Source: an uncultured delta proteobacterium
GTDB taxonomy: Bacteria > Myxococcota > Myxococcia > Myxococcales > Anaeromyxobacteraceae
NCBI GenBank assembly: GCA_963828255.1
Contig: CAWHDZ010000007.1
Coordinates: forward strand, 64,001-128,000
Direction: 5' to 3'
Length of the DNA: 64,000 bases
Under the pieces are notes generated by a model. That model was not told the origin of the DNA, did no database searches, and worked only from the letters and a program-made list of their open reading frames with translations. Within the stretch, counting starts at the first letter, position 1; each line of letters opens with the position of its first letter. Below, piece after piece: positions 52,506-60,835 of the stretch. A program made the position numbers and the translations under genes.

Positions 52506-52516
52506 CACTGCCTTTC

Positions 52517-53656
52517 ATGAACGACACCGATCTCGCCGCGGCCCGCACCTTCCACTCCCGACTCGTCGATCTCCTCCGCGCCGAGTTCGCATCCCTGGGC
52601 GCCTTCCTCGAGGCCCTGGCCGAGTTCGACCGGCGCAAGCTCTTCCGCGACCTCGGTCACGCCAACCTCTTCGCGTACCTCCACAAGGGCTTGAAGCTCT
52701 CCCGCGCGGCGGCTCATCACCGGCGCGCCGCCGCCTGGCTCGTCCAGAGATTTCCCGCGGTGCTGGAACCGATCCGGGACGGGAGATTGTGCTTCACCAC
52801 CGCGGCGGTGCTGGCCTCGGTGGCGACGGAGGAGAACCTGGCCTCGGTGCTTCCGCGATTCTACGGCCTGTCCAAGCAGGAGGCCCTGGAACTGGTGGCG
52901 GAGCTGAAGCCCCGGACGGTGGTGCCGACGAGGACGGTGGTCACCCGTGTGGAGACGGATCGGCCGGTGGGCCCGGTCGCAGAGGTGAACCAGACGGTTC
53001 CGGAAATTCGCCCAGGCGAACTTTGGATGCCCCGGACGGGGGTGGAGCGAACGGAGCCTGAGCGGACCGTCGTCGAGCCGATGACCGCCACGTCGAGCAG
53101 GATGCACGTCACGGTCTCGCGGGAGTTCCTGGCTCTCTTGAAGAAGGCGAAGGCGGGTGACTCGCACCGGAATCCAGGAGCGAGCGACGAGGAGGTCCTC
53201 ACCGCGGCGCTGGAACTGCTCATCGAGAAGCAGGCGAAGCGGAGGGCCTGCGTGCCGGCCAGGGTGAAGCGCGGGGTCGTGAAGCGGGACCAGGGGAAGT
53301 GCCAGTGGCATCTCGCCGATGGTGGGGTCTGCGGGGCGAATGTGCGGCTGGAGATCGACCACGTGGTGCCGCGCGGGAGGGGCGGACCCTCGACGGTCGG
53401 GAATTGCAGGATCCTCTGCAGGGCCCACAACATCGAAGCGGCGCGCCAGGTTTACGGCGACGCGCACATGGACCTGTTCACCCGTGGTGGATCACCGGGC
53501 GGCGGCCCGCTGGCGAGGGAGGACGTTGCGGCGTACGAGGCGGGTCCTCGACCGCCACGGCTCTGCCGATCACAGTCGGGCTTCGGGGCCTCCTCGGACT
53601 GGCGCGCGCCCGGGGGCGAAGGGCCATGGAAGGCGATGGTGGGCAAGTCAGACTGA
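52517..53656 (+). CDS. HNH endonuclease with a long helical N-terminal region
   Basis: RDQGKCQW..VCG..LEIDHVVPRGRGGPSTVGNCRILCRAHN (Zn-finger HNH). Confidence 0.92.
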   Translation: MNDTDLAAARTFHSRLVDLLRAEFASLGAFLEALAEFDRRKLFRDLGHANLFAYLHKGLKLSRAAAHHRRAAAWLVQRFPAVLEPIRDGRLCFTTAAVLASVATEENLASVLPRFYGLSKQEALELVAELKPRTVVPTRTVVTRVETDRPVGPVAEVNQTVPEIRPGELWMPRTGVERTEPERTVVEPMTATSSRMHVTVSREFLALLKKAKAGDSHRNPGASDEEVLTAALELLIEKQAKRRACVPARVKRGVVKRDQGKCQWHLADGGVCGANVRLEIDHVVPRGRGGPSTVGNCRILCRAHNIEAARQVYGDAHMDLFTRGGSPGGGPLAREDVAAYEAGPRPPRLCRSQSGFGASSDWRAPGGEGPWKAMVGKSD

Positions 53657-53689
53657 CGGCGAGCTGGCACTGCTACGGATGCCGACCAA

Positions 53690-53726
53690 GACGCAGGGCG
53701 GCAGCGTGGCGGGGCGTAAGTGGAAG
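53690..53726 (+). repeat. Right copy of the imperfect direct repeat
   Basis: GACGCAGGGCGGCAG-C-GTGGCG-G-GGCGTAA-G-TGGAAG. Confidence 0.85.
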
Positions 53727-53739
53727 GTTGCCGAAGAGG

Positions 53740-55637
53740 TTACGGGCAAACTCGGTCCCGCGCACAGGCGTGGTTTCGCCAGAAACCCCAAACCCCCGCG
53801 AAATCGACGCCCATGACCGCAGGTTGATTCATCCAATGATTCCAGTCGACAGCAACTGACGCGCCGTTCGAGTACAGGCCAACCCCTCGGTTGGCCGCGT
53901 CGGAACACTCGAAAGTGTTCTTGTCGGAAGCGACGCACGACGCGCAGACGCTTCCGCCAGTTACGGTCCAGAGCCCCGGGGCTTGCCGCAACCAGGATCT
54001 GATCCCAGTCGTTCCGAAGGACCGAGTTGCCTCGGAACGGACTGGTCCCCGGAAACGGCGCCGTGAAGACAATCCCCCCGCCTCTCCTCGGCCCCGTCGC
54101 CACGTTGTACGACTGGGTCGCGCTGTTCCCCACGACCTCGTTCCCGCTCAGCACCAGGGCCGATCCCGCCGCCCATCGCCAGCAGCCGGAACGCCGAGTT
54201 GGTCGCCCCGGTCATCTTCGCCGCGCCCGCGCTGTTCTGGACCGTCACGCTCACCGACGCCCCACCCACCGGCTGCGCGTGCACATGCGTCCCGTTGCTC
54301 GAATACGGGCACCCGTCGCTCACCAGCGTCCCCCGGGCCACGTGGACCGCGTCCCCGGTGTTCCCGCTGAACGTCGTCCCGGTCGCCGAGAAGGTCGGCG
54401 TGCCCGTACCCGAGGCCCCCACCTGGACCCCCGTCGCGTTCAGGGTCACGGCGCCACCAGTGAAGGTGAGCTTCCCCACCACCAGCGAGGCACCGACCGT
54501 CGGGGAGTCGACCGTCGTGGCGCCGCTGACCGTCGACGACACAGCCGAGCTCTCGATGGTCTCGGCGGCCGACTCCACGAGGATCCCCGTCGCGGCCCCG
54601 TCCACTGCTACCGCGGACATCGTCACCGGGCAGTGGCCGGTGACGTGCACGCCGGTCGAGAGTCGCGGCACGGGCGTGCCCGACGACGCCGCGGATACCT
54701 TCACCGTGGAAATGGCGATCGGCGCCAGGTCGGCGGCGACGGGGCATGCCGTCCGGATGCCATCTCCGGTCGACGTTCCCTTCTGGATCTCGAACCCCGT
54801 GATCGACCCGCCCGGCCCGATGGTGATGAGGGGCGAGGTCAGCGCAGTGGACGAGGTGACCGCGTAGTGGCCGATCACCGGCGTCGCATCGTCCGTGGTG
54901 ACCGCCACGTTGGACGGAACCTGGAGCCCCCCCGGCTCGTTGAAGACCATGAGGCCACCCTGAAGAGACGAATTCCATCCCGCCGCCTCCACCGTCGAGC
55001 CCGAACCGCGGGCGCTGGCGGCCGCCAGGGCCTCGGTCAGAGTCGAGTACCGGCAATTCGCCGGTGAGGCCACCCCCGTCGCACGAGGGGGCGAAGCGGC
55101 GGTCGAGCCGCTCACCGCGTCAGCGAAGAATTTGGCGCCGGGATTGGCCGGGCAGACGCACGCGCTCGCGCTGCAAACGAGGCCGTCGGCGGCGCAGCTC
55201 GCCTCCGTCTGCCAGGTCAGGCAGGCCGAGCCGCTCACCACAGGTCGGCAGCGGAGGACCTGGTCCGCAGCCACGCTGCACATCGTGGCGTCGAGCTGGG
55301 TGCAGGCGTTCGCGACGGGACAGGCGCACGCGGCGCCCCCACCCGACGCCACGCAACTCTGGCCCGGATCTGCGCAGGGCTGAGCGGTGCGGCTCGAGCA
55401 CACGCCCCCCGCCGCCGTGCAGGTCACCACCTGCCCCGATGCGCAGGACGTCCCCGGGATGCACTGCCCGTCCAGCGTGTGCCCCGGGCAGGAGAGCGCC
55501 GCGGTGCTGCACGCCCCGTCGCTGCCGCAGCCCTGGTCGGACGGGCAGTTCTGGTCGGACTGGCACGGGGCCCCGGTTGTGGTGACCGAGCAGGCCGCGA
55601 GCAGGGCGAGGAGCAGGGGCGGGGCGAGCCGGCGCAT
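53740..55637 (-). pseudogene. Cys-rich lipoprotein with beta-helix-like repeats, interrupted by two +1 frameshifts (~54168 and ~53964)
   Basis: LAAC lipobox; Cys-rich N-terminus; GN/GV-rich repeats. The reading continues through ORFs 53648..54154 and 53740..54072. Confidence 0.7.
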
Positions 55638-55743
55638 CCAGCGGAGATTACCAGAACCGCCCGCCGGGACGCCCGGGGAGCCGGTGCGGCGAGGGATATC
55701 GCCGCGTCGACAGCCGGCCCGGGACGTGGTTTTCTCCCGCGCC

Positions 55744-57816
55744 ATGCGCACCTCCGTCCTCTCGCTCGTCCTGGCAACGTCCGTCACCGCGGGCCTGGCC
55801 GCGCCGGCCCACGCCGCCGGCCTCCGGCCATTCTCGGTGCAGGACCTGGTGACCCTGCAGCGCGTCTCCGACCCGCGCCCGTCGCCCGACGGGAAGTGGA
55901 TCGCCTACGTGCTCCGCTCCACCGACCTGGACGCCAACCGGGGCCGCACCGACCTCTGGCTCGTGGGCGTGGACGGCAAGGGGGCCCGGCGCCTCACCAC
56001 CAGCGCCGAGAACGAGTCGAGCCCGCGCTGGGCGGCCGACGGAAGGTCGATCTACTTCCTCTCGGCGCGCGGCGGCCCCCAGCAGATCTGGCGGCTGCGG
56101 CTCGACGGCGGCGAGTCGGAGAAGGTGACCTCGCTCCCCCTCGACGTCGCGAGCTTCCGGCTCTCCCCCGACGGCACGCGGGCCGTCGTCGCGGCCAGCG
56201 TCTTCCCCGACTGCGCCTCCGCGGCCGAGGGGACGATGGCCTGCACCACCAGGCGCCTCGAGGAGCGGGCCCGCACCCGCTCGTCCGGGCGGCTCTACTC
56301 CCGGCTCCCGGTCCGCCACTGGGACGAGTGGCTCGACGGCCGCCGCAACCACCTCTTCGTCGTGCCCCTCTCCGGCGGCGCCCCCGTGGACCTCATGAAG
56401 GGCATGGACGCCGACTCCCCGTCGCGCCCCTTCGGCGGCGCCGACGACTACGCCTTCACGCCCGACGGAAAGGGAGTGGTCTTCGCGGCCAAGGACGCCG
56501 GCCGCGCCGAGGCCTGGTCCACCAACCACGACCTCTGGTCCGTTCCCGCCGACGGCTCGGCCGCGCCCCGCAACCTCACCCCGGACAACCAGGCCTGGGA
56601 CGGCCACCCGGTCTTCTCGCCGGACGGCAAGAGGCTCGCCTGGCTCGCCATGGAGGTCCCGGGCTACGAGGCCGACCGCCACCGCATCCTGGTGCGCGAC
56701 TGGCCCGACGGCGCGGTGCGCGAGGTGGCCCCGGGCTGGGACCGCTCCCCCGGCGAGATGGCCTGGTCGGCCGACGGGCGCTCGCTCCTCGTCACCGCCG
56801 ACCACCTGGGCGCCCACCCGCTCTTCTCCATCGACGTGGCCACGGGGCGGGAGCGAATCCTGGTGAAGGGCGGCAGCAGCGCCTCGCCCTCCGCGGCGGG
56901 CAGGGTGGTGGTCTTCACCCGCAGCGACCTGGGCTCCCCCGCCGACCTCTGGACGGTCCGCCCCGACGGCTCCGGCGCGGCCCCCATCACCCGCGTCAAC
57001 GAGGCGGCACTGGCCGGCGTGGCCTTCGGAGACCGGGAGCAGTTCACCTTCGCCGGCTGGAACGGCGAGACCGTGCACGGCTGGGTGGTGAAGCCGGTGG
57101 GCTTCGAGCCCGGGAAGCGCTACCCGGTGGCCTTCCTGATCCACGGCGGCCCGCAGGGGTCCTTCGGCGACCAGTTTCACTATAGGTGGAATCCGCAGAT
57201 CTACGCGGCGGCCGGCTACGCAGCCGTGATGATCGACTTCCACGGCTCCACCGGCTACGGCAGGAAGTTCACCGACTCCATCGGCGGCGACTGGGGCGGC
57301 AAGCCGCTCGAGGATCTCCAGAAGGGACTCGCCGCCGCGCTGGAGCGCCACCCCTGGATGGACGGAGGGCGGGTGGCCGCACTGGGCGCCTCCTACGGCG
57401 GCTACATGATCAACTGGATCGAGGGGGCCTGGCCCGACCGCTTCCGGTGCCTGGTGAGCCACGACGGAAACCTCGACGAGCTCCACGCCTACTTCGACAC
57501 CGAGGAGCTCTGGTTCCCCGAGCGGGAGCACGGTGGGACCCCCTGGCAGGTCCCGGAGGCCTACCAGAAGCACAACCCGGTGAACCTCGTGAAGAACTGG
57601 AAGACGCCCATCCTGGTCGTCCACGGCGGGCGCGACTTCCGCGTGGTGGACACCCAGGGGCTATCGACCTTCACGGCGGCCCAGCGCATGGGCGTACCGA
57701 GCGAGTTCCTCCACTTCCCGGACGAGAACCACTGGGTGCTGAAGCCGGCCAACAGCATCCAGTGGCACGAGACGGTGCTGGGCTGGATCGGGCGCTGGAC
57801 CCGACCTACATCTTGA
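55744..57816 (+). CDS. S9 family peptidase (acylaminoacyl/dipeptidyl peptidase) with PD40 repeats
   Basis: Signal peptide; SPDGK repeats; IHGGPQG, GASYGG, DFRV, DENHW. Confidence 0.95.
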   Translation: MRTSVLSLVLATSVTAGLAAPAHAAGLRPFSVQDLVTLQRVSDPRPSPDGKWIAYVLRSTDLDANRGRTDLWLVGVDGKGARRLTTSAENESSPRWAADGRSIYFLSARGGPQQIWRLRLDGGESEKVTSLPLDVASFRLSPDGTRAVVAASVFPDCASAAEGTMACTTRRLEERARTRSSGRLYSRLPVRHWDEWLDGRRNHLFVVPLSGGAPVDLMKGMDADSPSRPFGGADDYAFTPDGKGVVFAAKDAGRAEAWSTNHDLWSVPADGSAAPRNLTPDNQAWDGHPVFSPDGKRLAWLAMEVPGYEADRHRILVRDWPDGAVREVAPGWDRSPGEMAWSADGRSLLVTADHLGAHPLFSIDVATGRERILVKGGSSASPSAAGRVVVFTRSDLGSPADLWTVRPDGSGAAPITRVNEAALAGVAFGDREQFTFAGWNGETVHGWVVKPVGFEPGKRYPVAFLIHGGPQGSFGDQFHYRWNPQIYAAAGYAAVMIDFHGSTGYGRKFTDSIGGDWGGKPLEDLQKGLAAALERHPWMDGGRVAALGASYGGYMINWIEGAWPDRFRCLVSHDGNLDELHAYFDTEELWFPEREHGGTPWQVPEAYQKHNPVNLVKNWKTPILVVHGGRDFRVVDTQGLSTFTAAQRMGVPSEFLHFPDENHWVLKPANSIQWHETVLGWIGRWTRPTS

Positions 57817-57997
57817 CGATGCAGTCGGTCGGGCAGACCGCGACGCAGGACATCTCGCCGCCGGTCGCGGCGCACTCGTCGCACTTCTCGGCCTCGATCA
57901 CGTAGGCGTCGTCGCCGGCGGTGATCGCGGTGTTGGGGCACTCCGGCTCGCAGGCGCCGCAGTTGGTGCAGTCATCGGTCACGATCTTGTTGGCCAT
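57806..57997 (-). CDS. 2[4Fe-4S] ferredoxin (YfhL/Alvin-like)
   Basis: CTNCGACEPECP and CDEC-x8-CVAVCP; GGAG upstream. Confidence 0.95.
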   Translation of the reverse strand: MANKIVTDDCTNCGACEPECPNTAITAGDDAYVIEAEKCDECAATGGEMSCVAVCPTDCIVKM

Positions 57998-58053
57998 CGG
58001 ATTCTCCGGGTCTCGGGGTAGGGAAGGGCGAAGGGTACGTGGGGGGCGCAATC

Positions 58054-58069
58054 TGCACGTCCCGCGCCA
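58054..58069 (-). promoter_or_regulatory. sigma54-type promoter of the ferredoxin gene
   Basis: TGGCGCGGGACGTGCA (GG-N10-GC) with AT-richer sequence upstream. Confidence 0.55.
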
Positions 58070-58201
58070 CCCCCGCTCCGGGAGCGAAGTTCCCTGTTCA
58101 CGGATATTTGGCGCTTTGTGGGATCCGACGAACTTGCGGGGATGGCCGTCCCGACTGCAAATGGTGCGCGAAAATACAGGAGAAATTCGGTACTGATTCG
58201 A

Positions 58202-58799
58202 TCAGCTTCGTCGCCACCGCCCCGGCGTCCAGGTGAAGCCCTTCCCGGATCGCTTCCAGTGTCCCTCGGTCCAGGAGTGACCGGGGTAGGGCGCCGACCA
58301 GCAGCCCGACGCCCAGACGTATCGCCTCCCGGTCCAGGTCCAGAATCCGGGGATCCAGATGGCTTCGTGGGAGGGGCGGGCTACAGGCGACTCGACCAGC
58401 AGGGGCGGCGGTGTGGCCGGCGACGCGGTGAGCGGGACGAACGGGGGTGCGTGGATCGCCGCCGGCGAGCTCGATCGTAGGACGCCAGAAGGGCTCGTGG
58501 AAGGTGAATCCGCGGTCGTCTCCCACCCACCGGGCGGCCACCCAGACGTAGGGAGGTCGCCCCGGCGGCGTGGCCCACTGCCCTGCGACCCAGGACCAGC
58601 GCCCCGCCGCCCACTGCCAGTGGCCGTCGATCCAGACCGACGCAGCCGACGGCTGGGGCACGCGGGGATCGGCGAGCGGAGCCGGCGGAGGGCCGGAGGT
58701 GTCCATGCGCACGCCGGGGACGGGCGAGACGCCGGCCACGGGGGCGGGAGCCGGGGCGGCGAGGAGGAGGAGCGCGAAGGCGGTCGAGGCGAGGGTCAC
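58202..58799 (-). pseudogene. YXWGXW-repeat secreted protein with a +1 frameshift near 58476
   Basis: Frame 1 gives a signal peptide and VWIDGHWQW..WVAGQW..YVWVAARW. The shifted frame gives IWIPGFWTW..YVWASGCW..SWTEGHW..TWTPGRWRRS*. Confidence 0.8.
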
Positions 58800-58835
58800 G
58801 CGGCCATGAAGTGTAGCACCGGCTATATCCCTCCC

Positions 58836-59786
58836 ATGAACGAACGAGAGAGCAGCGCCGTCCTCGCCATCGCCATCCACGCCGCATTCGCCGACGGCGC
58901 CCCCGCCGACCCGGAGCGCGAGCAGATCCGCCGCGTCGCGGAGGGGCTGGCCGGGGGCGGCATCCCGGGCCTCCCGTCCGCCTACCAGGCGGTGCTCGTC
59001 GAGAAGAGGTCCGTCGAGGACGCCGCAGCCAGCCTGGCCACGGCCGAGTCCCGCCGCTTCGCCTACGAGATGGCGGTGGCGGTGGCCGAGTCCGACGGGG
59101 TGCGGACCGAGTCCGAGCGTGCCTTCCTGGAGAGGTTGCGCGGGCTCCTCGGCGTGGACGCCGCGCCGGCCGCGGAGCTGGAGCGGCAGACGCAGGTCCT
59201 GCTCACCACGCCGATCGCGCCGGAGGGAGCGGCTTCGTCCGTGGCCCCGGCCTCGCCGCTCACGCCGGACGCAGCCGCCCTCGACGCCAGGATCCTGAAC
59301 GCCGCCATCCTGAACGGGGCGCTCGAGCTCCTTCCCGAGTCGCTGGCCACCATGGCCATCATCCCGCTGCAGATGAAGCTCGTGTACGAGGTCGGTCTGG
59401 CGCACGGCTACGCGCTCGACCGCGGCCACGTGACCGAGCTGCTCGCCACGGTGGGCGCCGGGGTGACCGGCCAGGCGGTCGAGCAGGTCGGGCGCAAGAT
59501 CCTGGGCGGGATCCTCGGCTCCATTGGCGGCCGCATGCTGGGCGGCCTGGGCCGGCAGGCGGTCAGCTCCGGCGTGGCCTTCGCCACCACCTACGCGCTG
59601 GGCCAGGTGGCCCGCCAGTACTACGCCAGCGGCCGGCGCATCGACGCCGCGCAGCTCAAGGTGGTCTTCCAGCGCATGCTCGAGGAGGCGCGGGGGAAGG
59701 CGGGGCAGTACTCCGGCCAGATGGCCGAGAAGGCGCGGACCATCGACGTCTCGAGCCTGGCCAACCTCGTGAAGCGCGGACCTTAG
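58836..59786 (+). CDS. TerB-like/DUF533 + DUF697 (YcjF-like) protein
   Basis: AAFADG..EREQI, AVAESDG..ERAFLERL; IIPLQMKLVYEVG, FATTYALG. Confidence 0.8.
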   Translation: MNERESSAVLAIAIHAAFADGAPADPEREQIRRVAEGLAGGGIPGLPSAYQAVLVEKRSVEDAAASLATAESRRFAYEMAVAVAESDGVRTESERAFLERLRGLLGVDAAPAAELERQTQVLLTTPIAPEGAASSVAPASPLTPDAAALDARILNAAILNGALELLPESLATMAIIPLQMKLVYEVGLAHGYALDRGHVTELLATVGAGVTGQAVEQVGRKILGGILGSIGGRMLGGLGRQAVSSGVAFATTYALGQVARQYYASGRRIDAAQLKVVFQRMLEEARGKAGQYSGQMAEKARTIDVSSLANLVKRGP

Positions 59787-59807
59787 GGCGCGGCGGAGCA
59801 GGCTCCG

Positions 59808-60818
59808 CTACGGCCTGGCGCCCTTCACGTCGTACGGGCTGGCCCCCAGTGCGGCCGAGACGTCCCGGATGGCCTTCTGGGCGCGCACGCTGTTGCCGGC
59901 CGCGTCGAGGGGAGGGGAGAAGACCGCGATCCCGAAGCGTCCCGGGGCCACCGCGATGATGCCGCCTCCCACGCCGCTCTTGGCGGGCAGGCCGATCTCG
60001 TAGAGCCAGATGCCCGAGTCGTCGTAGAGGCCGGCCGTGGCCATGACGGCGAGGATCCGCGGGACATTTGCGGACGCGATCACCTGCTTGCCGGTGACCG
60101 GGTTGCGCCCCCCATTCGCCAGCGTCGCCGCCATCACCGCCAGGTCGGAGGCGTTCACCGAGATGGAGCACTGCCGGGTGTAGACGTCGGTGGAGGCGGC
60201 GGGGTCGAAGTAGAGCCGCCCGTAGGCGTGCATGAGCTTGGCGATGGCCTGGTTCCGATCGTTGGTGGCGGCCTCCGACCGGTAGACCTCCTCGTCGATG
60301 GAGAGCTTCCGCCCCGCGAAGGCCTCGTGGATGGCCAGGATGCGGGCCCACTTCTCCTCGGCGGTGGCGCCCTCCACCAGGCTGGTGGTGGCGATGGCCC
60401 CGGGGTTCACGAAGGGGTTCATCTCCTTCCCCTTCATCTGCTCGATGGCCACGATGGAGTTGAAGACCTGCCCGGTTGCATCGACGCCCAGCTTCTCCAG
60501 CACCGCCTTCGCGCCGGCGGTCTCCAGCACGCTGGCCAGCGTGAACACCTTGGAGATGGACTGGATGGAGAAGCGGGCCTCCACGTCTCCCTTCTTGAAC
60601 ACCTTGCCGTCCACGGTGACGAGCGCGATCCCGAAGAGCTTGGAGTCGACCTTGGCGAGCGCCGGGATGTAGTCGGCGTTCTTGCCCTCCTCGAGGGTTC
60701 GGTACCTCTCCCATGCTCCGTCCACGGCCGCCTGGTAGGGGTTCGGGGCAGGGGCCGCGACGGCGGAGGTGGTGGCGGCGGCGGCGAGCAGGAATGCTGC
60801 GACTCGGGACCTGGTCAT
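59808..60818 (-). CDS. glsA: Glutaminase A with an N-terminal signal-peptide-like sequence
   Basis: GKNADYIPALA, FSIQSISKVF, NPFVNPGAI, YTRQCS, PAKSGVGGGI; GAGG upstream. Confidence 0.95.
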   Translation of the reverse strand: MTRSRVAAFLLAAAATTSAVAAPAPNPYQAAVDGAWERYRTLEEGKNADYIPALAKVDSKLFGIALVTVDGKVFKKGDVEARFSIQSISKVFTLASVLETAGAKAVLEKLGVDATGQVFNSIVAIEQMKGKEMNPFVNPGAIATTSLVEGATAEEKWARILAIHEAFAGRKLSIDEEVYRSEAATNDRNQAIAKLMHAYGRLYFDPAASTDVYTRQCSISVNASDLAVMAATLANGGRNPVTGKQVIASANVPRILAVMATAGLYDDSGIWLYEIGLPAKSGVGGGIIAVAPGRFGIAVFSPPLDAAGNSVRAQKAIRDVSAALGASPYDVKGARP

Positions 60819-60835
60819 GGATTCCTCCTGATTGT

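Larger units (their letters stand above)
52021..53726. mobile_element. Direct-repeat-bounded islet or decayed integrative element (restriction-enzyme relic + HNH gene)
   Basis: Flanking direct repeats, lower GC than the flanks and nuclease cargo; no integrase remains. Confidence 0.45.

Noticed and set aside
52517..53656. HNH gene as IscB, Cas9 or a group II intron protein
   Set aside because: No PLMP, RuvC or reverse-transcriptase motifs, and no CRISPR array nearby.
53740..54100. Divergent lipoprotein C-terminus as a DGR variable region
   Set aside because: No template repeat or reverse transcriptase in the window, and the changes include indels.
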